From NCBI RefSeq assembly GCF_001194135.2, contig NC_068991.1:76134682-76170715 (forward strand): 36,034 nucleotides of DNA, read 5' to 3'. Under the pieces are notes generated by a model. That model had not been told where the DNA came from and did not search any database. It saw nothing but the letters and a program-made list of their open reading frames with translations. The position numbers and the translations under genes were made by a program. Shown here one piece after another: positions 12,188 to 26,255 of this stretch. How positions within the stretch are numbered: the stretch's first letter is position 1; the number at the start of each line of letters is the position of its first letter. The stretch comes from Octopus bimaculoides (Eukaryota).

Positions 12188-13048
12188 TAGTCATTAAATT
12201 TCATTTAAATCTTCATCTATCATCTTACGAAGTAAGGCTATATTAGACATGTAGTCATAAATATAATAAAAAACATAACATTAATCATCGCGATCTAGCT
12301 GCCGCTGATTGTGACAGTTCACCAATGAAAAGTATGTTGAATTAGGAGTGGCCTGGGGTTAAACAACCTCCGTTGTAAATCTCTGGAATTCTACGAATGC
12401 CATATTTTCGTGTTTCTTTGCGTCTCAATACTCACATAATTTCAGTAATTGATAATGAAGTTGCGTTCTCAGCTTTTCGGTTTAAAAACCTTAAAGACAA
12501 TCTTACATGTTTTCTTTTCTACAAAATCGAATGTCGAATCATTCCATATTATAGAACATTCCATGCTGTCTAGATTAGATAGAGATAAATATTAAAAAAT
12601 TACATGTATGCATCATAGATTATTGATACAGTGAGTTGTCCACGAAAGATTACGATAAACAATGAGAATGAATAGAGCAGTGGAAAACTATGGTACGATT
12701 TCTTTGGAAAAATACTAGTCCGATGTGGTGGATTTAAAATTTTCCCAATGGAAGTTGGTACTTAGTCAAAAAGAAATCGATGCCATATGTCCAATTGAGC
12801 TGAGGCTGTCTTCCAAATGGCTGAATCCATAAACTGCTTTTAGCTGCCGGTTGTGGTTAAAGACTTTTGAGTAAATTGTTCATTGAAATTAAGGTCACAA
12901 ACCTCCTTATGTCAGGCTACACAATTCGCATGACAGATATTGACAATATCCACGAACGTGTATCACGCCTAGTGTGATACACATTCGCGGAAGACAACGC
13001 GCGAAAAGAGAGGCGATATATTATCAGCAAAATTGTTATGAACTCCTC

Positions 13049-13086
<38 letters not shown>

Positions 13087-14158
13087 TGCGTTATTAAAAC
13101 GATTTAACTTCTTAGTATAAGTGGAAAATAATGTTTGTTTTATTTTATGTGCTTATGTGTATGAAAAATATAACAAACATGTTTTCACAGAATAAGTGGT
13201 TTTGTACCGTAGTTCGACTAAAATGTTGTTCGCATACGTATACTTGAAGTGAGTTTAGTATATACAATTCATATAAACGTACACAATAAAGTAACAAGGA
13301 TGGAAGATGACAAGGAAAAATGAAGAGCCACATGTTGTCTCGTGTGTTTTGTTTAGAAAAATATTTTAGTATATAGATTTGTAAGTTTATCGGTTAAAAG
13401 GATGTTTTTATTTATTTTTTGCTTTTTTGTTGTATAGGACACAAGAGTAATATTTAACCGACCTGGATCTGGTTTCAATGTTTTCAATTCGAAACTTTTA
13501 CGTAATTTTTCCATATTTTTCCTAATTTAAAACCGTGTAAGGTTTAATGATCAAATAGCCATGTCACGTTCGTGAATAGCTATACGTATGACTGTATGTG
13601 TGTGTCTGGCTGTGAGTGTATTATATACTATTTGTAAATACGTCTATATATATATATATATATATATNNNNNNNNNNATATATATATATGCTTATATATA
13701 TGTATATATATATATACATATATATATGTATATATATATGCTTATATATATATGTATATATATACATATATATATATATACACATATATAAAGGCGTGCT
13801 CGTGTAAGAAAATATAATTTACATAAGAATGAATATAAACAAATGTATACAGTTATGCATATGAAGGTCACTATAAACATACCGACGTCATTATAATGAC
13901 AAACTGAATTAACTGCTGTTATAGAAGCTCAAAGCTGACATTTAACGCACCCAAACGCACCAGCAAACAAACGTCTAGCAGAAGAAATATTTACACCCCC
14001 ATATAAATATCTGAATACTTTTTGCTATAAAACGTGCTTCATACAATATTATATCAGATTGTAAAATATAATGAAGACCACTGAAAGAAAAAAAAATGAT
14101 TAAGTGCCAAAAAAAACAAGACCAAACTAAAGAAAATTAATCTTTGTTTTGGAATAAA

Positions 14159-14160
<2 letters not shown>

Positions 14161-14194
<34 letters not shown>

Positions 14195-14196
14195 AA
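14161..14196. repeat. (GAAA)n microsatellite
   Basis: About 9 units, seen directly. Confidence 0.97.
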
Positions 14197-15374
14197 AGGA
14201 AGATTACTGCTTCAGTGACATTTAATGGTAATGCTCTGCTTCAGAGACGGATGAATTTGAGAAATGGATATTTTATATTTTTCTTGCAAAGTTTGTCTGG
14301 AGAAAGATGAATGCTTTGCGTAGACATATATTTGCATTCAGCAGGAATAAGTTGAAAATTGAGCGTTGGTAAATATTCAATGGAGTTATCACGAAATGAA
14401 CGAGCAAAAGAAAGGACTTTAAAAGAAATTTTTCAAAAGATTGGTCGGTCAGTCCAGAGCAAATAGAGTCTATGGTAAATATGGACAAGTCTGGTAACAA
14501 CATCTCCGTTTGCATCAGTAGTTAGAAACACATCATTCAACGGAACCCAGTTTCCAAAATGAATTCCTTTGCAATAAATTAATAAATAAAACAAATTCAT
14601 CAGATAACTATATATTGAACGAAAATACATGAACTTACTGAGTGTTGGCAGTGACCTTAGAAATATATTTACAACTAATTACGACAGACTGACAAGAACA
14701 AATATGATTATTTAGTAGATGTAGAAGTGAAATACTGGATTAAATTAACAGTATTTAACTTTATGTTTGTATTCAAATCCCTGTGGAGGCATTGTTTTTT
14801 GCCGACACAGTAAACACCATGTTTCAGAGACAACTCCACAGATTCATTTACTCCTCGACATATACGTGAAATTGTTCGAAATTATTCGGAATGCTATCAC
14901 CATTGTTTTCCTTTTGTGGCTACATCTTTGAATTCAGTAGGCTAGTGGAGGGTTCATATTTTATTTAATTTTACTTTAAAGTATATGTATGGGGAAAATA
15001 TTGTAAAATATTGAATAGAGTATTGGGTTTCTGTGTAATGTGTCTACGATTACATGAAAAGTAAATACAGTAATATATTATGCTATAATATATTATGCTA
15101 TGCAATTTGATATAAACGACATTACAAAGAATAAAAGTGACTAATTTTGGACGTGATTTGGTAGAAGTGTTAGTGCGTCGAACAAAATAACTTACGTTAT
15201 CTATTGACGGACCCTTTACGTTCTGAGTACAAGTTCTAACGAAATAAACTTTATTTTACATATTTCCTGTGATGCTTAAATAAAGAAACAAGCATATATT
15301 GCTCAAAAACGACTAATCCCTCCGTACAAAGAGATTTGTTGAAAATTATTCTTCTCTCCACTTTTCGGTTGGGC

Positions 15375-15510
15375 AAAGTTATGCTGCAGCCGTGAGGTTA
15401 AGACGTTTGATATGCAACCACACAGCTCTGTATTCGAACTTTATGCGCGGTGGAGTGAGCAGCCATACTCTAATATGGAGGGCGGACAAAGGTTCGTGGC
15501 TGAAATTTTG
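15375..15510 (+). mobile_element. Degraded family A-like SINE head
   Basis: gcagccgtgaggttaagacgtttgatatgcaaccacacagctctgtattcgaac resembles the tRNA-like head at 31071-31140 but is highly diverged. Confidence 0.5.
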
Positions 15511-15628
15511 TAATGTTTAATTATGCATAAGTCTGTTAGATTATGTGTGCGCACATATGTATGTATGTATGAATGTATGCATGTATGTATATATGTATTT
15601 ATGTATGTATGTATGTATGTATGTATGT

Positions 15629-15870
15629 CATTGTTCAGTTTTATTTCAAGGGAAAGGACTGGTTTCTAACCAAGTTTCAAGTCTCCTTCATTGGAATTTC
15701 CACATCAGGAACAGGGTATGCTTGTATGTATGTATGTATGTATGTATGTATTATGTATGTGTGCGGTATGTTTTGGTTTATGTATGCATTCTCATGCATA
15801 TGGTTGCAGATGTAGATATCCTCATATATATTCAAATGATAAACTTCTAGAAAGTTTTATCGATTTTTAC
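15629..15870 (-). mobile_element. R4-like (RLE) non-LTR retrotransposon, 5'-truncated 3' end (copy 1)
   Basis: The reverse complement aligns with 26402-26640 (gtaaaaatc..aaaactttc.agaagtttatca..ataccctgtt..ttccaatgaaggag..ttagaaacc..cttgaaataaaactgaa). Both ends are embedded in (TATG)n. Confidence 0.85.
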
Positions 15871-16374
15871 GTATGTATGTATGTATTTATGTGTATGTTC
15901 GTCATATGAAAGTCAGTGATAGTTGTTCCGTTACATTTGGGGCTGTCATAGTAACAGGCCAAAATAAATAACTAAAATCAATTTTACAAGAAACAGAGAT
16001 AGAAAGAATCCAAACAGAATAAGACAGGCTTTAAGTTATCATGTGTGTACACTGGTGATCAACAGAAACAAAGACTTCAAATATATGGTATTTTGATAAG
16101 GGATTCGTCTATGCAGGGCACCAGATAATCACAAATGCGTCCGTTAATATCACACATTCTGTGTGGCTCAATTTATGGAAGCGGCGGTGTTTCATAGTCG
16201 CAAATGCCTGATTGTCTCATTACAGCAATGAATTATGCGATGTCTGTAGCTACAAGTTTAAGACATCGCTGGTCAATGGAGTGACATTGATTGAGTACGC
16301 AGCACTGCATCAAATGAGGCAAAAAAACACCATGGGAGTCCGTTTACGAAAATATCACGTGTACCTGTGTGTGT

Positions 16375-16530
16375 GCTTGCATATGTATGTAATGCATGTA
16401 ATGTATGTATGTATATATGCATTTACGTATGTATGTATGTATTATATGTATGCAATGTATGTACGTAGTGTATGTATGTTTGCATGTATGTATGCATGTG
16501 TGTATGTATTTATGTATGTGTGTATGTAGG
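16375..16530. repeat. Degenerate (TATG)n microsatellite
   Basis: Seen directly. Confidence 0.9.
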
Positions 16531-19349
16531 TATTTATGAGCTTCAAATAGCTAATACTGAACGAAAATACTTTATTTCGATACAATTCTTCGACAAAATT
16601 AAAGTTCGTAATTTCATTCTGATGCAAGAATTAGAATAACCAATATGAATAAATTTAGCACTGCTGATATAAAAAAAAAAATTAATAACAATAAAGATGA
16701 CTGTCCTACAATGAGGGTTATATATTATCTCTTGCTAAATGTGACTAAGTTGGACGTATACGATTAAATAAGAAGGCAATAATAAAGAACGAAAGGCTTG
16801 GAGTAGTAGAATCACTCCATAATTCGTTGAATTTGTCACTGTTGTTGTCTTCATTCCTTGTAGACAGAATAAATAGCTCCAAGCTAATCACTTGCTTTCA
16901 CATTTCGTTCAATATTTTATCAGGAGTGTTACTTCCGTAAAATGAATACCATGTTGAACAGAATTCCATATAAAATGTATATTTCATAAAATCATTTGAA
17001 TAAGCTGATTATTAGTAGATGAATTCATTCAAAATATAGCCTGAAGTTTTTTCTAAATGAGACGTCGTCTGCTGTGTTTATCATAAAACCGTTGATAGAG
17101 TGTAAAAGGATACAGTGTATCGTATAGGTGAATAAAATTAATGGAGATAAGAGGTGGAGAAGAGAATGTCTGAGTCAATTAAATGAGGTAGATGGATAAA
17201 TTGTGAAAGATGTATTGATATATGCTACTTAGTTTAAAAAATAAAACTTAAGTGTCTGGACAACATTTGACCGAATGCGTGAAGCATTTCGTCACGCAAT
17301 CCGTGAATTTTTCATGTTTATTTCTGTTACACCATCAAAAAGCAAGAATGCGATAGGTATAACACACAAAATATACCGCTCCGCAGAAAATGGTATTGCT
17401 TTACTTAAATCAATATGGAGTTAGGTTGCTGAACTACAACTTTAAAGATTATCTCTTGTTGTCTGCGTTGGGCTGTTTCCGTGACTAAGATTTTAAAGTT
17501 TTATATACTTGAAAAATCTATTTGTATAGTATGTCGCATAAATATATGCATCTAGGAGTGTATTTGATAAATGGTTTGATAGCATACGATCCCATGTTCA
17601 AATCAGCATCACTTATCGATATGTATAGACAGGATAGGCTTAAAGAGATTTTACAATTAAAACAAATCCGTCAGCAGACATTTCAGATAATGAAAGAAAT
17701 CAAATGATTAATTCTAATAACTTTTAATGGAAAGTAATTTAGAGTAGTTCAAGGATGGTGCTAGGGAGATTATTATAATTCTACAGATAAGTAATAAAGA
17801 AATAAACAAAAATAAGCTATGTCTACCGAAACTCAACTAATGGATTATTTTCAATTATACATAAACAGCGTTCAAAGGATAAACTAGAATCAGTACCATG
17901 CAGTGTATATTGTTGCTATTGTTGTTGCGGTGGTAGCAATTGTTTAGCCCCAGGCCAACCACAGTGATGAATTCTTATGACCAAAGATGTTCCAAAGCCA
18001 CTTTTCTATCCATTCATTGAATAATAGTATAGCATATCTAGAATTTTTTTTTTACAAGTTAGTAGAATAAGATTTCACGATGATATGAATACAACAATTT
18101 CTAGCAACCCATACCAGAACGCACGGACTCGCTTAGGGGTATCACTGATAGAAAAACGGGCTTCATGCTATGCTTTGATACACAGACAGGCACAGATACC
18201 TAAGAGGGACGATTGAAGAGATGGCACAACTTGTTAGACATAACAGCCTAAATTCTTTTGCACCAAAAGCTACCGTCATAATATAGTCGGACACGTTGGA
18301 AAATACAGGCTCACAGACATGCACAACAGACACGCACAGACAGACAGACACACACACACACACGCACACACGCACACACATACATGCACACAAAAATATA
18401 CTACATATTTTCGTGTTCGTTTTTATGGGAGGATGTATAGAAAAAAACAATTTAGGATCGCTTAATGCTTTCTAGATTACATATTTATTAAATTCTCACG
18501 ACAAGATATTGACAGTAATTTCGAAGTTTCTTTTAATGAACAAACATCAGTGTGCGCACAGTTACTAAACCGAAATTTCCAAATCACCTTTGATATTATT
18601 CTTGGAGAAAACTTAATACATACACACACAGACATGCGCGCGTGGGTTCTCTGGGTGTAAGTGTGTAGAAAATATGGACAATGTTTCTATATCTGTTAAT
18701 CACAGAACCCGTTCTACAGTAAGGATTCCTCTAAGATACTTGCACGGAATCCACAGAAGTGTCAAACACTTATTTCATGATACAGCAGATGTTGCGGTTA
18801 TAAAATGATAACCTCTTGTTTTTTTTTTTTCCACAAAATTTCTAAATATTTTAAGACAATCAGATGTGAAGAACCTACAGATTAGAGAAAAAAGAGATAG
18901 CGCAGATGGTAGAGTTACCATATAGTATAAAGCCGTAGGTAAGATATAGTTGGCTTCAAAATGAAATACAGAAGTTTATTAATCAACCACATATTTACCA
19001 TATATGTATAGGCGTGTGTGAGTCTGTATATATATATATATATATATATATNNNNNNNNNNNNNNNNNNNNNNNNNNNNNNNNNNNNNNNNNNNNNNNNN
19101 NNNNNNNNNNNNNNNNNNNNNNNNNNNNNNNNNNNNNNNNNNNNNNNNNNNNNNNNNNNNNNNNNNNNNNNNNNNNNNNNNNNNNNNNNNNNNNNNNNNN
19201 NNNNNNNNNNNNNNNNNNNNNNNNNNNNNNNNNNNNNNNNNNNNNNNNNNNNNNNNNNNNNNNNNNNNNNNNNNNNNNNNNNNNNNNNNNTATATATATA
19301 TATATATAATATATATGCGTGTGTGAGTGTGTATGAATATATTATATAT

Positions 19350-19618
19350 ATTGCAGGTATAAACCTGGATTTGTAATCTGGATAGAGTAACTGCACATTC
19401 CTCAATAGTTCAGCTTAGGCATTCTCTTTTATGTTAACATCTGTTTCTTTTCTCTATCCCAAATCATTATATCAGGTCTCTTGTGCTTACATTTTATTGA
19501 GGTTTTCACTGAGACATTTCACCAGTACTTCTTTTGTATTATGAGTGGCTATGGCTTCTACCATGCTGTGGGTTCCTATTTTTTGTCTTTGGGGTTATCC
19601 TTCCAACGGGTTTTCTGT
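19350..19618 (-). mobile_element. R4-like retrotransposon fragment encoding part of the restriction-like endonuclease (copy 2)
   Basis: Minus-strand translation with frameshifts: EAIATHNTKE..VKTSIKCKHKRPDIMIWDREKK..LRNVQLLYPDYKSRFIPAI. The RPD motif is the PD of the PD-(D/E)xK RLE domain. The end overlaps the start of copy 3 by about 25 nt (tacaaatccaggtttatacctgcaat vs cacaagttcaaatttatacttgtaat). Confidence 0.8.
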
Positions 19619-20472
19619 ACGTACGTATGTATGTATTATGTATGTGTGTATATACATATGTGCGTATATGTGTATGCATGTATGTAAGTATAAAGAGAGT
19701 GCTTATAACAGTGAAGAGAAATTGTTTAAGCAGTGACATAAAAATGATTATAAATGTTTATACGTAAAATCAACTCCGACATTGTCCTCAGAAATTTCCT
19801 TTAAAATTTCTACTAAATGATTCTGTTTTTAATAAAACAATATCTTTTTTTAACTAAATTTTCTATTTTCCCTTGGCAAGTAAGAAATCTAAAATTTACA
19901 AATGCAATTTCTTTTTTTGTCCATATACATAGTTTGTATATATAGATGCATATATGTACATTCAGTGAAAGCATTCTTTCACTTTCTGAAACTTAAAACT
20001 TTCATTATTTCACTTGAAGTTTCTTATTGTTATTATATGTGAAAACGAAAAAGCATCCGAGTAGAGGTTCTTGCACATGTGTAGGCACATACGAAAGTGG
20101 TGCGTTTATTTAGCTGCTGTAACACTAGAGAAACAACACCTTATTGCCATCAAGAATCACAGATAAATGTAATCCTATATCCACCCTAAAAATAGATTTC
20201 GTTGTCATTTGAAATGTGCATATCTTTAGATTTATTGAAAACAGTTTTACAATTTATGAAATTTTAGGCGTGCATCCTTCAGCTGACATCTGTCAGCTGA
20301 CTTCTTTCAACTGACATCTCTTAATGCTTTATGAGCGTAAAATATTATAAAATATTATAAACTTGAAATGAAGGGAAAAAAGTATTTCGGTCGAATGGAT
20401 ATCTGAGTAAAACATTTCTTCTTTTAAATAAAACAAAAATTCATTTCGCACATCCTCACTTTCTAAAGTGGG

Positions 20473-20651
<179 letters not shown>

Positions 20652-21169
20652 GAAAGTGAACGGATATTTATCATTTCAATACCAATTTTACAGTCAGCTG
20701 GAAAAATATTCTTGACTTAAAATAAGCAATTCCTTTTAGTTAAATATCAACTATTCAGTAGAATGCAGATTTGAAGTAGTTGCAGTTTGGTGCATATCAA
20801 TATACATCTCTTTCATATTGGGAATATTAAAAAGAAAATATTTGATAAGAAAATAAATCTTTTCTCTCCAAAAATGCTAAATGCATTTGTTTGTTGTTTC
20901 ATTTTCTTTAAGGGTGAAAAGTTTTCTTCGGATGCATACAAAATAGTTATAAACTTCGATTAATAAACAAAAAAATATATACTGCAGTTTTATCTCTCTC
21001 ATATATATTCAGTTCTGTATTGAATAAAGTAAAAATGTTTTGAAATTTTGCAAACTTTTTTTACACTTTCCCTAATATGTTCATAGAAAAATACATCGTT
21101 TATAATTCAACAGTGTCAAAATATAATTTATTCAATGGTTCACAATGGAATTATATCAAATCCAGAAAA

Positions 21170-21700
21170 GGGGCGTCGTTTCAAAGAACAGTGCCACCTC
21201 AGCTGTAACATACCCTCCACAGAGGAAAGATTACAAGAACCTCTTTACGAAAGAATAAAGCAGGCTTCCAGGAAGGAAAGATAAAATAAAGACAAATGGG
21301 CACAGAGAGGAGAAAGTGAGAGAATAAAACATTCTCACAAAGTCCTAAACCTGCTTCTAATACACTAAACCGAGCTTTTCAAGATATTTCCCATACGTCT
21401 AACAAATGACGGTTCTAAAGAGTATGGGACTGAAATAAAGTACGTGGGAAAATTAAATGAGAAATGTTTTAAATGTCGAGCATTTGTGTGGCTGAAAGGA
21501 AGACTTTCTCGGAATTCCCAGAGAGAATCTTCTCTCATTTTGTGTTGTGCCAACGACCAGGCGGTAATACCACGCACTCCCTATTTTTTTCCTTGAATAA
21601 CTGTTGACTTCAAATACTGTCCAATTTAGATGTAATACATCCAGTACAATTTCATTTGTGTTTCTGAAATACTGAGATAATACGAACTCTGAAGGACAGC
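21170..21700 (+). mobile_element. Helitron RepHel N-terminal relic
   Basis: The stop-free frame 21369-21596 reads ..YVGKLNEKCFKCRAFVWLKGRLSRNSQRESSLILCCANDQAVIP, matching the Helitron pattern GxMxxxCxxCxAxxWxxE..CCxxGKVxLP. After a shift at the T7 run it continues LLTSNTVQFRCN, similar to LLxxxxxxFRxNIRxYN. An E/R/K-rich stretch lies at 21170-21285. Confidence 0.78.
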
Positions 21701-23278
21701 AGAAGATATCAAACCATGTACCAATGAAAACAAAACACATTCCAAGAGGCTTTTTGTTTAACTCGCTAGTCTTACTATTCAGTCATTTATTTTCACATAT
21801 CTAACTGATGCTGGAGGGATAACAATATCAGTTTCCATGCAAATTTCGTAACCATATGTTCTCCGTTCTATCAAAATTCCTGACGATTTCATAGTTTCTT
21901 TCTCATTTCAACCAATCTAAAGATCGCTCTACTTCCTGAATCTATCCCATCACATGTGAAAAGTACAGACTACAGCCATCTATAAGAGAACAATAACTAA
22001 TATAAATTAGTTGGATACGCGCCATTATGGACAGTTTTGAGGGAGGAGTTATATGCAAAAGTTGTTATAGAATAAATATATTTCATTGATTTATCATCCA
22101 TTTTCACTTTCATTTTCCAAAATTATTTTGCATTTTTTTAATGTTAACCATCAACAACTTATATACAGAATTCAAACCATGACACATATTACTCATCAAT
22201 GACTTATGTAATCGGAAAGGATTACAGTGTCAAACACCAAAAATTTAGGTGGTTGGAATGTCTTGACTAGAGTCATGCCGGCCTTGATTATGCTATTTTT
22301 TCAGGTTACATCTGGAATTACATTATTCTATGAATCCTGAAAGTAACTGGGTGTGTTTATTTCTAACACGATCTTAAACCAAGTAGAAGCACCAGCTATC
22401 AAATGTATATAAAATTAAAATGGTATCAAAAGTATATAAANNNNNNNNNNNNNNNNNNNNNNNNNNNNNNNNNNNNNNNNNNNNNNNNNNNNNNNNNNNN
22501 NNNNNNNNNNNNNNNNNNNNNNNNNNNNNNNNNNNNNNNNNNNNNNNNNNNNNNNNNNNNNNNNNNNNNNNNNNNNNNNNNNNNNNNNNNNNNNNNNNNN
22601 NNNNNNNNNNNNNNNNNNNNNNNNNNNNNNNNNNNNNNNNNNNNNNNNNNNNNNNNNNNNNNNNNNNNNNNNNNNNNNNNNNNNNNNNNNNNNNNNNNNN
22701 NNNNNNNNNNNNNNNNNNNNNNNNNNNNNNNNNNNNNNNNNNNNNNNNNNNNNNNNNNNNNNNNNNNNNNNNNNNNNNNNNNNNNNNNNNNNNNNNNNNN
22801 NNNNNNNNNNNNNNNNNNNNNNNNNNNNNNNNNNNNNNNNNNNNNNNNNNNNNNNNNNNNNNNNNNNNNNNNNNNNNNNNNNNNNNNNNNNNNNNNNNNN
22901 NNNNNNNNNNNNNNNNNNNNNNNNNNNNNNNNNNNNNNNNNNNNNNNNNNNNNNNNNNNNNNNNNNNNNNNNNNNNNNNNNNNNNNNNNNNNNNNNNNNN
23001 NNNNNNNNNNNNNNNNNNNNNNNNNNNNNNNNNNNNNNNNNNNNNNNNNNNNNNNNNNNNNNNNNNNNNNNNNNNNNNNNNNNNNNNNNNNNNNNNNNNN
23101 NNNNNNNNNNNNNNNNNNNNNNNNNNNNNNNNNNNNNNNNNNNNNNNNNNNNNNNNNNNNNNNNNNNNNNNNNNNNNNNNNNNNNNNNNNNNNNNNNNNN
23201 NNNNNNNNNNNNNNNNNNNNNNNNNNNNNNNNNNNNNNNNNNNNNNNNNNNNNNNNNNNNNNNNNNNNNNNNNNNNNN

Positions 23279-23323
<45 letters not shown>

Positions 23324-23804
23324 TATGTATGTATACTTATCAGTGTTCGATTTAGTCAGTACCAGATTGCAAGAAGTACTTAATGGAATATATTCAACGA
23401 AATCCTTCACAAAGTTGCTTCTCGTGCGGATGCAATCCAATAACTGAAACCAATAAAAGAATATACTTAATTAACACTCGAATATATTACTTTATCAAAT
23501 CGAACCGTTACGAACAACTGCGTCTCCGATACTCCTTTGTGAGATTTGTTAATCATAGTTCTCCATGGAATAAAGGAAGACAAGATGTATTCTCTTTCTG
23601 AAAACAAACTTGATACGGGTCTCTTGGAATATGCAATTGACGTCATAAGAAATTCTGTTCATTAACAACAAAACTAACTTCCGTACATTCCTGTGCACAA
23701 TTGCAGATCACTGATATTTATGCGCATGTGTATTCACATATGAGCAGTGGTACGCTTGAAATTAGCTATGCATAAGCATGTGCAAGCACATGTACACATA
23801 TTGC

Positions 23805-23842
<38 letters not shown>

Positions 23843-24724
23843 ATTGTACTCTTAGCAATACCCGCTGGGTAGTGTTTATTACAACTCACAATAATATATA
23901 TNNNNNNNNNNNNNNNNNNNNNNNNNNNNNNNNNNNNNNNNNNNNNNNNNNNNNNNNNNNNNNNNNNNNNNNNNNNNNNNNNNNNNNNNNNNNNNNNNNN
24001 NCATTTATACATTCATTTACGTACGTATATTTACGTACATTAATACATACACAGATGATTCTGTGTAAGTTTATTTTTGCTGTGTGTGAAAATTCCGATT
24101 TACCACAATAAAATTAATATGCTGAGCATATTCAAAAATTTAATTTATTTAGGTTCCAAATTATATTATAAGACTATCTTGCTCTTAATGTTGCATCATT
24201 TGAAACTGTTTCTAATTTTTTATTTATTCGTAGCTACGAGATTGTATACGTTCTGATTGAGTGTTTCAGGTAGAATTCTAACATAAAATGATAATCATAT
24301 TTCCATAAAATGCTATGATATACAAATAGTTATCGTCGTTTACACTTTCTTTATAAAACTTTTCGTTACTCTAATATTTTCGAAATAATTTTACAATCTA
24401 TATTACATCTAAAAAATTAGATGTTATTTGATAAATTTGTGACGAGCGATCTTCAATAATCTGAAACAACAGTGATATTAACTAGATCGTAATTTAAAAT
24501 AGATCATTAATCAAACCGGTAGCAGAGTTAATTTGACATTCAGCTCTAACAGAGTAATTAGATTACCAACTCTAAATATCATTCTGTAATAGACAATAAA
24601 TTTCGAGATTCCAGTATTTTATGGGCACTTATAAAGTTAATTCCCATTTTGGAATGCCTAATTAATTTGATATTTTTTGAAATTACGTGTTCACGTAAAA
24701 TTCAAGGTAACTTGATTCCTTTTG

Positions 24725-25200
24725 TATCAGGTCATCCCATAAGTTCTGTCCGAATTTTGAATAAAGAAAATAAGTGATCAAATGTTATATTTCATTGAAA
24801 TTTAATCATCAATGTACTTTCCCTGATTATCTATGACTTCCTTCCATCTATTTACAAGCTTTCTAATCCCATCAATCTAAAACTCTTTTGGTTACAAAGC
24901 GAAGAACACTGAAATGTCAGTTTCAACTTCCTCCTGGCTTGCGAAAGTTATGTCTCCCAAATTATTCTGTAAACTACGAAACAAATGGTAGTTTGAAGGA
25001 ACAAGGTCGGGAGAATAAGGTGGATAAGGAATTTTTTCTCAACCAAGTTCTTCTATCTTCTGTGATGTGATCTTTGCAGTGAGGGGTCAGGCATTGTCCT
25101 GATTAAACACCACTCCTTTTCGATTAACTAAAGCGGGTCTTTTTTTCTTCAAAGAAATTATTTTCTTTATAAATAATGCCGACAAGATCGTCATGTCATA
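24725..25200 (-). mobile_element. Mariner 3' half with intact TIR and TA flank; transposase C-terminal pseudogene (stop 24802-24804)
   Basis: Minus-strand translation: KRPALVNRKGVVFNQDNA*PLTAKITSQKIEELG*EKIPYPPYSPDLVPSNYHLFRSLQNNLGDITFASQEEVETDISVFFAL*PKEF*IDGIRKLVNRWKEVIDNQGKYIDD*. The terminus is ta|tcaggtcatcccataagttctgtccg at 24725-24752. Confidence 0.95.
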
Positions 25201-25835
25201 TTCTAATATATGAACTCAATCAATTTGTAAAGCGAATATTTCAGGACCTTTCATTTGCTTCCCATCTCAAATTAGCGTTTTTCATGACCACGATATTTAT
25301 TTCTTCTTCAGCATTTAGTCTTCATTTGGGATACGTTAAATTTGGAAATCGTTAGAAGGGTAATAAAGGTTAAAATCAATGTTGGATGTCCCTTTAATGA
25401 TTCTAATTATGCTGCTTTCTTTTCAACCCTCATGAGTATAAAATATACATGCCACATGTGTCTTTCAAATATTCTGAGCATAATAATCCGAAAATGCTAT
25501 CATTGATCATTCCCGAGAGTTTTTAGTATTAAGATCTAAAAGCGAAATGGTGAAGACGATAAATATATTCACTAAATTACCCAGCGCAGAGTGGTAGAGA
25601 CTTAATATTTTAGCTTTGGCTCTAGACAGGAAATTACGAGAATATTTCAGTTAATAAATGTAACCTTCATTTAGATTTCTATTGTGAGACATTTACGATT
25701 TTAAGAGATAATTCAGCTGCATATATTTCTAAACGTAAATGGCCAAAATTAAAGATGTATATGTAATACAATATATATATGTATGTATATGTATCTACAT
25801 ATATAAATAGATGAATAATCAATATGAATAAAATA

Positions 25836-25864
25836 TGTGTGAGTGTGTGTGTGAATGTGTGTTT

Positions 25865-25961
<97 letters not shown>
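25836..25961. repeat. (TG)n microsatellite
   Basis: Seen directly. Confidence 0.98.
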
Positions 25962-25963
<2 letters not shown>

Positions 25964-26255
25964 TCTATGTGTGCATGCGTGAATCCATACTTTATGTACA
26001 ATGTATCGTTCGTTTCTTGATAGGATAAGCGAAAAATCACGGAAATGAGTGAGACAAAATATTCTTCAATGAATATGGACGTTTTACGTTAGCCACTTCA
26101 CCTATCATCTCGGAAAGATCTATACAGAGACGCGTTTGTATAAGGCCAACACTGTACAATACAGCAAGCGTTATAACACTAATTGGCTACGTCGTAAAAT
26201 AATACCAGTTAAAACAGCTTATGAATAATTCTTCACGTTCCATACATACATACAC

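Noticed and set aside
14433-14630. Exon-like minus-strand ORF (GIHFGNWVPLNDVFLTTDANGDVV)
   Set aside because: I recognise no domain, found no partner exons, and have no transcript evidence.
16212-16529. ORF with CDVC, resembling a C2H2 zinc finger, overlapping a 9-bp inverted repeat (16237-16269)
   Set aside because: There is no correctly spaced HxxxH and the second half is microsatellite. A few 9-bp inverted repeats are expected by chance in 36 kb.
17522-17707. 61-aa ORF with faint LINE RT or mariner resemblance
   Set aside because: No diagnostic motif, and the length is compatible with chance.
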